64,000 nt of DNA. Source: a virus. The stretch is taken from the IMG/VR virus record IMGVR_UViG_3300034198_012226, positions 1 to 64,000 of that record; one strand, written 5' to 3'. The notes beneath the pieces are model-generated. The model was not told the origin of the DNA, searched no databases, and worked only from the letters and a program-made list of their open reading frames with translations. The first letter of the stretch is position 1. Each line of letters begins with the position of its first letter. A program made the position numbers and the translations under genes. Positions 38,304-47,243 of this stretch are shown here, piece after piece.

Positions 38304-39430
38304 TTTCCTTCTTCCTTCTTTTCTGCGGGTTCGAGCATTTTGTGGACGACTTCGGCTTCAGGCTTGGTCAGCTTGGCGCACAGCGACTTGAGCACGTCCA
38401 CCTTCTGGAGGCTCTCGATGTTCACCTGGGCCATCTCACTGACACCGGCAATGCCCGACACGTTGACCGAGTTGGTGACGATCAGGGCCTTGCTGTTCTG
38501 GCGGTAGCGAGCGACAGCGTTCATCACGTCGGCAGCTTCGGCGGCGGTGGCGGTGCCCTCGATCCGGACGAACCTACACTGGGTAGGGGCAAGGTCCGTC
38601 CAGTTCATGACGGCGAAGTCGCCCTCAGCCTGCCAGGTCGGCTCTGGCAGGGCACGGATCGTGACCGTGGTCTGCTCGGTGCCGAAGTCCTCCTGAGTCT
38701 CGATGAAGTGGGCGAACTTCTTGCCGTCCTTCTGGGCCTGGCCATGGGCAAGGCAGTCGGCAATCGAGGTTGGCCACTGGTTGCCCAGGATGATGACCTG
38801 GCCAGCCATGGCGGTGCGGCGCTGGTGCTCGTGGGCGAAGACCAGCGTCCAGCCCGACTTGATCAGGGCACGCGCCCACTCCTCGCTCACGTTCAGCGAG
38901 TGGTCGGATTCGACGGCGAAGTTGTTGTCGAAGTTGGCGTGCAGCAGGAGGAGGCCAGGCTCGGTGACATCCTCCAGGGCGCGGCGCAGCTCGACATCGA
39001 AAGCGTCCTGGTTCAAGCAGTGTGGGATCACCCATACTTTGTGGCCGATCTGCTCCAGACCCTTGTCGCGGACGTTGACCTGGGCCGGGAAGTTGGCGGT
39101 CAGCAGGGCGCACAGCATGGCGAACGAGCTGGTGCGCTGGCTGTTCTTGGCGATGTCGTGGTTGCCCAGGACGAGGTCGAGGATGCGCTCACGGTCAGCG
39201 GAGAGCCAGGCGTGCAGGATCATGTACAGGGCCAGGAGCTGGCCGGAGTCCACGTCGAATGCGTCGAACAGGTCGCCGTTGACAATCAGTTCCTTGTACG
39301 CCTGGATCAGCTTCTCCAGCTCGTCCAGCAGGTACTGCTGGATCGCGGCGCGGGTGGCGAGGGTGGTGCCGGTGGTACGCACGGCACCGATGTGAACGTC
39401 GTTCAAGACGAGGGCATTAACTTGGCGCAT
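38297..39430 (-). CDS. SbcD/Mre11-like metallophosphoesterase nuclease
   Basis: NDVHIG, NGDLFD, LGNHD, LLHAN, AHEH motifs; adjacent to the SbcC-like gene. Confidence 0.9.
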   Translation of the reverse strand: MRQVNALVLNDVHIGAVRTTGTTLATRAAIQQYLLDELEKLIQAYKELIVNGDLFDAFDVDSGQLLALYMILHAWLSADRERILDLVLGNHDIAKNSQRTSSFAMLCALLTANFPAQVNVRDKGLEQIGHKVWVIPHCLNQDAFDVELRRALEDVTEPGLLLLHANFDNNFAVESDHSLNVSEEWARALIKSGWTLVFAHEHQRRTAMAGQVIILGNQWPTSIADCLAHGQAQKDGKKFAHFIETQEDFGTEQTTVTIRALPEPTWQAEGDFAVMNWTDLAPTQCRFVRIEGTATAAEAADVMNAVARYRQNSKALIVTNSVNVSGIAGVSEMAQVNIESLQKVDVLKSLCAKLTKPEAEVVHKMLEPAEKKEEGKC

Positions 39431-39755
39431 TGTCCTTCTCCAGGTAGATTTCGATGTGCTTCTTGATGATGTCGGCGTGGCAGCGGCGTGGCGCACAGGT
39501 GCAGGCCAGGGCAAGGTGCTCGCCCCGGCGCACCCGCTCGACCAGCTCCAGGAACGCGGTCTTGGCGACGTTGTCCTTGTGGGCCAGGCGGGCGAGCAGC
39601 CAGGGTTCGTACCGATCCACCATCATCCCGCGCTGGCTCTCCGTCATGATGCGGAACGGATTACCCAGGGCGGTCGGACGGCCAACGTACACGGCCACCT
39701 CGGGGAGGCGGGCCTGGGTCGTGGCCTTGTTGATGACGCGGACGGTGCCGACCAT
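39417..39755 (-). CDS. DUF4326-family protein
   Basis: VYVGRPTALGNPF and LACTCAPRRCHADII signature. Confidence 0.8.
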   Translation of the reverse strand: MVGTVRVINKATTQARLPEVAVYVGRPTALGNPFRIMTESQRGMMVDRYEPWLLARLAHKDNVAKTAFLELVERVRRGEHLALACTCAPRRCHADIIKKHIEIYLEKDNAPS

Positions 39756-40708
39756 TACATGTCTTCCTTCGAGCGCAGGCACTGGAAGGTCGGGAAGCGC
39801 GGCTTGGTGAAGTTGCCGGTGCCCTTGTTGAACACCTTGTACTTGCCGATCTGACCCTTGTAGATCGCGTCGAAATTCTCGAAGCCGTCCTTGGCTTCCT
39901 TCTTCGTCAGCTTACCGGCTGCGACCTTGATCGGTTGCTTGGTCTCCAGGTCGTAGCCGAGGAAGGCACCGATCTCACCGTTCGGCACCATACCGGCCTT
40001 GGCGCTGCTGCGCTCGGTCTGGCCCAGGGAGTTCTTCTTGGCCTCGTTCTGGTTGGTCTCACCCTCCTCGCAGCCGGTGATCATGAACTCGCGCTCCTCG
40101 AAACGCTTGAAGCGCAGGAAGGACATCTCCTTGGCCGTGGCACGGCCGAACTTGTAGGGTGCCTGCATGGAGCGACCGATCAGACCCTCGTGACCTTCAT
40201 CGTCGGCGCGATCCCACAGCGCCAGCAGCTCCTCCTTGTTCTGGACGATGTGCATCTCGGCCATCTCGAAGCGGTCTTCAGGCGGGAGCGCCGCGACACG
40301 GGCCTTGGCCAGGTTGTAGCGGTCGATGTAGGGCAAGGTCGGATCGGTGAAGTCATCGAATACGTAGAAGTGGGCATCCACGTCCACGAACTTGCCTTCC
40401 TTCGGCTTGTCGCTGCGGCGGGAGAAGCCACCGCTCGACACGCTAATGCAGTTCGTCGCCAGAGGGTCGCCCACGATGCCTTCGGAATCGAAGCCGAAGT
40501 GGCGCGGCTTGTTGAAGCGTTCCTGGAGCACCGGGTTCTTGTGCAAGTCCATGCTGCGCCCGAAGTTGCCGTTGGCGTGCAGGGTGCGGACGCCGTCGTA
40601 CTTGATGAACATGGCCATCGGGTACGGCAGACTGTCGAGCTGCGATTCGTCAACGTCGCAGGCCAGCATGGGTTTGAATTTTGGATGGGAGGGGTGAACC
40701 AGTTTCAT
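39755..40708 (-). CDS. ATP-dependent DNA ligase
   Basis: KYDGVR adenylation motif, FYVFD, EGLIGR, YKFGR, C-terminal PRFPTF. Confidence 0.92.
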   Translation of the reverse strand: MKLVHPSHPKFKPMLACDVDESQLDSLPYPMAMFIKYDGVRTLHANGNFGRSMDLHKNPVLQERFNKPRHFGFDSEGIVGDPLATNCISVSSGGFSRRSDKPKEGKFVDVDAHFYVFDDFTDPTLPYIDRYNLAKARVAALPPEDRFEMAEMHIVQNKEELLALWDRADDEGHEGLIGRSMQAPYKFGRATAKEMSFLRFKRFEEREFMITGCEEGETNQNEAKKNSLGQTERSSAKAGMVPNGEIGAFLGYDLETKQPIKVAAGKLTKKEAKDGFENFDAIYKGQIGKYKVFNKGTGNFTKPRFPTFQCLRSKEDM

Positions 40709-40728
40709 TTTTATGTTCCTTCAGGTTG

Positions 40729-40755
40729 AATAAGAGGCCCCTCGAAAGGGGCCTC
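40729..40755 (-). terminator. Rho-independent terminator after nrdJ
   Basis: GAGGCCCCT-TTCG-AGGGGCCTC followed by TTATT on the - strand. Confidence 0.7.
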
Positions 40756-40823
40756 AGCTACTTCAGTCGTGGAGCATTCCACAGATTGATCGGCGGGAGT
40801 TTCATCTCCGGCCAGTCAGGCTT

Positions 40824-42764
40824 TCAGAGGATTTCGCACACCCCTGCGGTGCAGGCCAGCTCGCGCACTTTGACGGAGGTGTCATCGCGCTCGAACTCGG
40901 CCAGGGCGTCCCAGTCGAAGGCTGGCATACGGGCCAGCAGCGCCTCGTATTCTTCCTTCGTACACTCGGTGTAGGGTGCCTGGCGATAGGTGTGATCGCT
41001 GTGCGGCAGGAACGAGACACCGGCCAGCTTGTCGAAGTTCTGGTACACCCAGTCGCCGACAGCCATCCACTCGTGATCACGCACGTAGATCGTGTTCGAC
41101 ACGTTGTGCTCCGACCAGTAGGTCTGGAACATCAGGTAGTGTTCGAGCTGCTGAATCGCGGTACGGTCGTTGCGGAAGACCGACTTGGCTGGCGCCTTGA
41201 CCGGGAAGCTGAACACGTCCGTGGTCTCGGGCTTGTTGACGCAGGATTCGACCGGGAAGCCGAGCTTGTGCATGAGCTGCGCCAGCGGGTCTTTCTTGTC
41301 GCCGCGAACGGTACGGATGTAATACTCGGCATAACGCTCGTGCTTGCCGCTGGCGCTGTCCACCAGTTGCGAGACGGTGCCGGAAGGCTTGACGGTCGTG
41401 ATAGCCACGGACTGGTTGATGCCGAGCTTCGCGGCCCATTCCTTGTTCACTTCGATGGCGTACAGCTTCAGCTCGGTCAGCCAGGCTTTGGCTTCGTCGG
41501 AGACGTAGGCAAGGACTTCGTGATCCATGATGCCGGTCAGCGACACGCCCAGGAGGCGTTCTTCTTCCTGGTTCGCCTTCCATTCCGGACGGACGTAGCG
41601 GAAGTCGGTGAGCATCGACTGGTAGGTGCCCATGATGACAGCGACGCGAACCTTTTCCTTGACATCGGCAAGGGTGTCGCCGTGGCGCAGGACGACCTCG
41701 GACAGGTTGCACAGGCCCTTGCTGCGCAGGGCGATCTCGGCGCACGGGTTGGTGCCGACGACTTGGCTGGCATCGCGGCGGCCGGATTCCAGGGCCTTGT
41801 TGATCACGGCCTGGCGGTTGAAGATACCGCGCTCGCCGGACTTCGATTCGATCAGCGACAGCCATTCCTTCATGAACAGCTCCATCGACGGGCGTTCGGT
41901 GTAGGCGGCGCTGTTGTTGGCCAGGGCACGGTGCGGGTTGGTGTTCCACCACTGGCCGTTCTTCGCGCCGCGCATCCGGTCATCGGACAGGTTCGACAGC
42001 GAGATCAGGGCACTGCGGCGCACACCACCGACGACGACGATGTCTGCGATCTTGCAAGTCAGATCGTGGCATTCGATGGAGGTGAGCTTGCGGCCCACGG
42101 CATTGGAGAAGGTCTCGACCGCGAAGTTGAACAGGTCGATCAGGGGTTGCGGGCCGGAGGCGCGACCACCGAAGGTCTTCAGCTTGGCACCGTGAGGACG
42201 GACGCCCGAGACATCCCACTTCGGGATGTAGCCTTCGTACAGGTAGGCCAGGAGCTGACGGAAGGCATCCGACCAGCCGCCCTTACTGTCGCGCACCTTG
42301 ATCGTGTGGTCGATCTTGGTCAGCTTATCGACGGTCTCGACGTGCTGGACACCATCGGTGCCGGTGACGATGCGAGCGCCGATGATCGGCAGCTTGGTCA
42401 CGAACTGGCGCTCGACCGAGAAGCCGACGCCGGTACCGCACATGCTGATGTACAGGATTTCATCGAAAGCGCGGACGTTGTCGATGGCGACGAAGGAACA
42501 GTTGAAGCCCGCCATCGGGTCACGTTCCAGCGCAGGGCCAGCGGTCATCAGGGCACGCATCGAAGGCATGGCCTTCAGATTCAGGATCGCGTCGTAGATT
42601 TCGTCGGCGGGGTAGTGGGCGAATTTGCCGTAGAAGTAATCGACGTATCGCTTGACCGTTTCCGGCCAGGTTTCGCGGCGACCGAGATCGTCACGCCAGC
42701 GGGCGTAGCGGCTTTTGTGGACATACTCCTGCAATGGAGTGGGGAGGTGGGCTGAGGCGGTCAT
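40824..42764 (-). CDS. nrdJ: Class II (adenosylcobalamin-dependent) ribonucleotide reductase
   Basis: PSMRAL, FNCSF, GTGVGFS, VRRSALI, TNPCAEI, TVKPSGT, C-terminal CTAGVC; no beta subunit or activase gene nearby. Confidence 0.9.
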   Translation of the reverse strand: MTASAHLPTPLQEYVHKSRYARWRDDLGRRETWPETVKRYVDYFYGKFAHYPADEIYDAILNLKAMPSMRALMTAGPALERDPMAGFNCSFVAIDNVRAFDEILYISMCGTGVGFSVERQFVTKLPIIGARIVTGTDGVQHVETVDKLTKIDHTIKVRDSKGGWSDAFRQLLAYLYEGYIPKWDVSGVRPHGAKLKTFGGRASGPQPLIDLFNFAVETFSNAVGRKLTSIECHDLTCKIADIVVVGGVRRSALISLSNLSDDRMRGAKNGQWWNTNPHRALANNSAAYTERPSMELFMKEWLSLIESKSGERGIFNRQAVINKALESGRRDASQVVGTNPCAEIALRSKGLCNLSEVVLRHGDTLADVKEKVRVAVIMGTYQSMLTDFRYVRPEWKANQEEERLLGVSLTGIMDHEVLAYVSDEAKAWLTELKLYAIEVNKEWAAKLGINQSVAITTVKPSGTVSQLVDSASGKHERYAEYYIRTVRGDKKDPLAQLMHKLGFPVESCVNKPETTDVFSFPVKAPAKSVFRNDRTAIQQLEHYLMFQTYWSEHNVSNTIYVRDHEWMAVGDWVYQNFDKLAGVSFLPHSDHTYRQAPYTECTKEEYEALLARMPAFDWDALAEFERDDTSVKVRELACTAGVCEIL

Positions 42765-42850
42765 GGTTTCCTATTTGGGAGCTTGGTATCGGAAGCCCCG
42801 CGACATTGCGCGGGGGCACTAATTTTACACTGGCAAGTTGCCTCGTGGCA

Positions 42851-43381
42851 CTAGGTCATCGGAAAGAATCCGGTTGACTGTAACGCGGCCTTTGCTGTAG
42901 GAAATTCGGGGCAATCCCGCATGTCCCAGGAGGTGACGCCGGACTCGAAGTATTCGACCGGGGCGACCCGCCACATGCCGGTGGCCTTGAACAACACCAG
43001 GACGAAAGGATCGGCACCGGCCATGGCAAGTTTGCGCAGGTTCGGGAGCTGATCCAGAGCGTCCTTGGACAGCAGGTAGCTGCCGTTCTTGGTCTTGTGC
43101 TCCGTGGACTTGACCTCCAGCGGGATCGAGACTCGGCGCAGCTCGGGGTGCCGGTACCAGATGTAGAAGTCAGCGATGGCCGACTTCATCCGGCCCATGG
43201 CAGCTCGGGCATCTGGCGGTCGATCCCAGGCGAAAGCGGCCAGGTTGTTCCACTCGGTGAGCACCTCGATCACCAGCTTCTCGGCCGTCTTGCCGCGTTG
43301 GCCGACCTCCTCTTTCTTGATCGGCTTCGGCCTGGCGATGGCACTGGCACCGAGGACGCGGGGTTTCTTCATTCCGACCAT
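42851..43381 (-). CDS. Putative Holliday junction resolvase (RecU-like PD-(D/E)XK)
   Basis: RGKTAE...ADF...EVKST...Q pattern. Confidence 0.65.
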   Translation of the reverse strand: MVGMKKPRVLGASAIARPKPIKKEEVGQRGKTAEKLVIEVLTEWNNLAAFAWDRPPDARAAMGRMKSAIADFYIWYRHPELRRVSIPLEVKSTEHKTKNGSYLLSKDALDQLPNLRKLAMAGADPFVLVLFKATGMWRVAPVEYFESGVTSWDMRDCPEFPTAKAALQSTGFFPMT

Positions 43382-43755
43382 GGTGGCCCCTCTTTCTTCG
43401 CGGGGTGACCTTCAGGCAGCATGGCCTGGGCCACCTTCTGCGCCGCCTTCTTTCGCCCGCCACCCTTCTGTGCCGGTGGCGTCCAGGTCGGCCCCATGAT
43501 GCGAACCAGGGACTCGGTGTTGAGGGTGTCTTTCCAGGCCGGAGGTGGCAGGCCATTGGCCATGGCCACCACGTCCTCCAGGTGGCAGGCGATGATGCCT
43601 TCCTTCGCACCTTTCACATGCGCCGAACGGTTCTTCGAGAAAGGCCACCAGTTGACCATGGTGGCGCTGCCGGTGACCTGGAAATGGCCGGGACTCGGCT
43701 CTTTCAGCTCGACTCCGAGCTGCTTCAGTGCCGAGCGAATCTGCTCGTCGTTCAT
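43369..43755 (-). CDS. Hypothetical protein
   Basis: ATGA overlap with the polymerase stop; GGAGG SD; HFQVTG..MVNWWP. Confidence 0.6.
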   Translation of the reverse strand: MNDEQIRSALKQLGVELKEPSPGHFQVTGSATMVNWWPFSKNRSAHVKGAKEGIIACHLEDVVAMANGLPPPAWKDTLNTESLVRIMGPTWTPPAQKGGGRKKAAQKVAQAMLPEGHPAKKEGPPWSE

Positions 43756-46037
43756 GCTGCCTCCAACATGGTTGCCTTGGCCTTGCTGAACACCTCGTCC
43801 AGCGCCGCCTTGATGTTTTCTTCGATGAACCAGTCGCCGCATTCGATCTGCTCGCCGAAGTTCGGGCCGAGGGAGATCGAGGACATGCAAGGGACGGTCA
43901 TGTCGTGGTACTGCTTCGTCATGCACTCGTGGATGATGCGGATCGCTTCCACGGCGTGATCCTTGTGGATCGAGAAAACCAGCTCGTCGTGAATCGGCGC
44001 GATGAAGCGGCAGTCGAAGTCGAACAGCACGCCGCTGTCCCAGACACGAGCCATGGCAAGTTTGGTCTGCTCTGCCGACGAACCCTGGATTTCAAAGTTC
44101 GGACCTTGACGACCGGCCTTGTTCGCGGTCGAGCGATCCTGCAACAGCTTGGCCAGGTGGCGACGGGCACCCATCAGGGTCATGGCGTAGCCGGTCTCCT
44201 CGACACGGGCACGCACGCTGTCCTTCCACTCGGTCACGCCGGGGAACATCTTCTCGCGGGCATCCAGGAAGTCCTGGGCGTCCTTCACCGGGATCACAAT
44301 CGTGTACGCCAGGGTCAGCGCCTGGGCGTCATACTGTGCGCCGAAGTTCACGTTCTTCGCCACCTTGCGGAGGTCGTCGGCCATCTTGGCGATGGCTTCC
44401 TCGTCCCACTTGCGCAGCTTGATGAAGACGGTGTATTCGATCTCCTCGGCGGTGCCGGTGAAGTTGGCCGCGCCGACCATCGACTTCAGCTCCTCAACCT
44501 TGTCCTTGCCCCACTTCTTGAGCATGGCACCGGCAGCGGTGATGGAGTGCGGGTCTTTCAGGTTGTCGCCGATGTAGCAGGCGAGCATGTTGCGATCCTG
44601 GGACATGTGGGCCGCGAGCCTCAGCTCCTGACCCGAGAAGTCCAGCGACACGATCACGGCGTCCTTGTGGTGCGGCACGATGATCTCGCGCACCTTGATG
44701 CCTTCACCCTTCTTCGGGAGCTGCTGCAAGTTCGGGCCGGACGACGAGTAGCGGCGCGTCACCGTCGCGCACTGATTCATGGACGAGTGCAGCTTGCCGT
44801 CCTTCCAGTGCTTCAGGTACGGGTACGGGTTGTAGTACAGGCCGCGCTTCGTCATGACCTTCTTCATCGCGGAGATGCAGTTCAGGATCACTTCGAGGTC
44901 GGGGTCTTTGTCCTTGTCGTACAGCAGGGCGAAGTCGATGGCGGTGTCGTCGGTGGACGCTTTCGTCCGCACCAGTGCCCACTCCTCCGGCGAGAGCTGT
45001 GGCTCCTCGCCAGCCATCAGGAACTTCTTGAATTTGCTGACGGCCTTCACCAGGTCGCGGTTGAACTTGTAGTTGTCCTCGGTCAGCGCCGACGTGACGC
45101 GGATCGGCAGCTTCAGGATGTCGTACATGAAGACCTTCATCTTCTTGGCCGACTTCACGTCGATGGCAGGCTCGGACTTGTACTTGTTGAACAGCAGGCT
45201 GTTGATGTAGCGGACATCGCCGCGCTCGACCGCATCGCAGAAGTTGGCAAGTCCTGCGTCGCTGCCGTCCGTGCCCGACTCGGTCATGATGTCCATGGCC
45301 AGGACGTTCAGCTTGTGCTTCTTCGACGTGGGCCGGAAGCCGAACAGGTCTTCGCAGGCGTCCTTCACGGTGGCGTTGGTGCATTCCGTGAACGGCTTCC
45401 AGAGCTGATCCAGGATGCCCTTCTGCACCAGGACATCAGTCAGTGTAGCCCTGGCCCTCTCGAAGGCTTTGTCGTCCTCGCGCTCCAGTTGCTTGAGGCG
45501 CTCGACCGAGACGTTACAGCCCTGGACATACGAGTGTGCGGTCATGTAGGCAGGCTTCACCTCGACCTGTTCGTACACGCCCATGGTCTTCTCGATCTCC
45601 ATCACGAGGCCATAGAAGTTGTAGAGCGCAGCGGTGCAGATGGTGTCGTCGGCACCGTAGGCCAGCACGTCCTCGGCTTCCAGCTCGTTCATGCGGTACT
45701 GCTTGGAGACGATGCGATCCTTGAACGCCATCTTCAGCTCGTGCATGTCCTCGTAGCCGTGCTTCTCAAGGGCCTGCTTCTGCTTCTTCGGCGGCATCTC
45801 GGCGATGCGGTCGATGTTGATCTTCCAGGTATCCTCCACGATCTTGCCGCCCACTGGCAAGTCGTAGAGCCGGCCGGTCTTGGTCGTCACTTCCTTGTAC
45901 GAGACCTGGTCGTAGTTCAGCCAGAGCTTGGAATTCTGCTTCAGGCCATTGCTCCAGTTCTCGTCCACGTAGGACGACATGATCTTCGTGTCGTGGGCGT
46001 TCGACATGAAGCCACGGTAATCGGCGGCACCCATCAC
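43752..46037 (-). CDS. polA: Family A DNA polymerase, C-terminal part (ExoIII motif plus polymerase domain)
   Basis: YGADD (ExoIII), TRRYSSSGPNLQQLP, motif A DFSGQELR, motif B RKVAKNVNFGAQY, motif C IHDELVF. Confidence 0.92.
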   Translation of the reverse strand: MMGAADYRGFMSNAHDTKIMSSYVDENWSNGLKQNSKLWLNYDQVSYKEVTTKTGRLYDLPVGGKIVEDTWKINIDRIAEMPPKKQKQALEKHGYEDMHELKMAFKDRIVSKQYRMNELEAEDVLAYGADDTICTAALYNFYGLVMEIEKTMGVYEQVEVKPAYMTAHSYVQGCNVSVERLKQLEREDDKAFERARATLTDVLVQKGILDQLWKPFTECTNATVKDACEDLFGFRPTSKKHKLNVLAMDIMTESGTDGSDAGLANFCDAVERGDVRYINSLLFNKYKSEPAIDVKSAKKMKVFMYDILKLPIRVTSALTEDNYKFNRDLVKAVSKFKKFLMAGEEPQLSPEEWALVRTKASTDDTAIDFALLYDKDKDPDLEVILNCISAMKKVMTKRGLYYNPYPYLKHWKDGKLHSSMNQCATVTRRYSSSGPNLQQLPKKGEGIKVREIIVPHHKDAVIVSLDFSGQELRLAAHMSQDRNMLACYIGDNLKDPHSITAAGAMLKKWGKDKVEELKSMVGAANFTGTAEEIEYTVFIKLRKWDEEAIAKMADDLRKVAKNVNFGAQYDAQALTLAYTIVIPVKDAQDFLDAREKMFPGVTEWKDSVRARVEETGYAMTLMGARRHLAKLLQDRSTANKAGRQGPNFEIQGSSAEQTKLAMARVWDSGVLFDFDCRFIAPIHDELVFSIHKDHAVEAIRIIHECMTKQYHDMTVPCMSSISLGPNFGEQIECGDWFIEENIKAALDEVFSKAKATMLEAA

Positions 46038-46639
46038 TGGCCTCCCTTTACGTGGTCACGGATCAAGCCGGTCACCATGGCCGCGTCCTCGGCACCCAGG
46101 TCGCGGCGGCGTGCGGCGCTGACGATCTCGATGATGCGGGACAGGCGGTACGGCAGCTTCCAGCGGTCGATCACTTCCATGGCCGTCAGACGCGCCACGC
46201 GGCGCTCCACGGGCCTCACGACCGTTTCCGGCTCTGGCTCCCACCCGCCGCGCCTGAGCACATCCACGGCCTCCTCCGGCGAAAGCACGGGGGCTACGAC
46301 CAGCTCGGCCACGACCGAGTCCGTTGGGGCTTTCTCCGCTGCGATCAGTTCGCGCTCGGGTTCCGGTGCCGGTGCCAGGTTGGCGTGGGTCGGGGCTTCG
46401 TCAAGGCGATGCCCGCCGACCGTGTGGGTGTACAGCGAGAAGAAGACGTAGAAGAAACGACCGTTGCCGCCCTTGACCGAGACGCGGTTGATGCGCCGGT
46501 CGTCAAACAGTTCCTTGGTCGCAGCCTTCAGGTCTTCAACGTCGAACATGTGCATGTCCTCGGCCATGACCGTCATGGGCACGCCGTTACGCATACTGTC
46601 CAGATAGTCAACGATATTTTTGTGGATGTCGGTCATCAT
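46034..46639 (-). CDS. Hypothetical protein within the polA split (possible winged-helix N-terminus)
   Basis: Coupled by 4-nt overlaps on both sides; phage-like codons. Confidence 0.6.
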   Translation of the reverse strand: MMTDIHKNIVDYLDSMRNGVPMTVMAEDMHMFDVEDLKAATKELFDDRRINRVSVKGGNGRFFYVFFSLYTHTVGGHRLDEAPTHANLAPAPEPERELIAAEKAPTDSVVAELVVAPVLSPEEAVDVLRRGGWEPEPETVVRPVERRVARLTAMEVIDRWKLPYRLSRIIEIVSAARRRDLGAEDAAMVTGLIRDHVKGGQ

Positions 46640-46863
46640 TTCTCCAGCAGCGCACGGAACTTGCGCTTGCAGATGGTGCAGTTGTTGTGACTGTTGTGCT
46701 TGTCGTTCTCAGTGGTGCCGGTCAGCCTCGACCAGTTGCCACAGACCGACCGGCCATTCGCTTTGATGAGGTGCCACCTGGCCCTGCCGTTGGGAGCACC
46801 AGGCTTCCACCACCCGAGGAACCCCTCGGGCAGCGGGGCATCGTTGAATTCGGTATCGGTCAC
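46636..46863 (-). CDS. Small putative zinc-binding protein within the polA split
   Basis: WHLI...SVCG...CTIC (H/C/CxxC). Confidence 0.6.
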   Translation of the reverse strand: MTDTEFNDAPLPEGFLGWWKPGAPNGRARWHLIKANGRSVCGNWSRLTGTTENDKHNSHNNCTICKRKFRALLEK

Positions 46864-46865
46864 GA

Positions 46866-47243
46866 CTAGTCCTTCGTCACGATGGTTTCGGTGTGCTGCT
46901 CGGTCTTCGTGCAGTTCTTACCGCAGGACTTCTTCACCTCGTAGTTCCGGTCGGTCGTGACCATACCGGCGCAGCGGGTGAAGTAGTGCTCCTTGCTGCC
47001 AGCCGTGAAGGCATACACCTTGCAGCCGTCAGCCTCGCGGATCACATGCGGGATTCGGGCACGGCGCTCGGCTTCGGCGGTGGCGCGGCGCTTCGCCTCG
47101 GCTTCCGGCGTGGTCTCGCAGTAGGTGATCGCCGACAGGACGACCACAACGACCCCGAAACCAGCCGCCAGAGACTTGTCCCGCCACATGCCCAGGCCCA
47201 TGATCACCAGGCCGATAGCGACTCCGATCAGTGGCCCGTTCAT
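46866..47243 (-). CDS. Membrane-anchored Cys-rich hypothetical protein within the polA split
   Basis: Two N-terminal hydrophobic segments; DGCKVY...YFTRC; ATGA overlap with the upstream stop, AGGAG SD. Confidence 0.65.
   Translation of the reverse strand: MNGPLIGVAIGLVIMGLGMWRDKSLAAGFGVVVVVLSAITYCETTPEAEAKRRATAEAERRARIPHVIREADGCKVYAFTAGSKEHYFTRCAGMVTTDRNYEVKKSCGKNCTKTEQHTETIVTKD

Noticed and set aside
42765-42850. Cobalamin riboswitch upstream of nrdJ
   Set aside because: The intergenic region is only about 85 nt with a single GC hairpin; too short and no B12 box recognised
46038-47239. Group I/II intron or split intein as the explanation of the polA interruption
   Set aside because: The interval is entirely filled by coupled ORFs; no homing endonuclease, reverse transcriptase, conserved intron core or intein termini seen (not excluded without RT-PCR)
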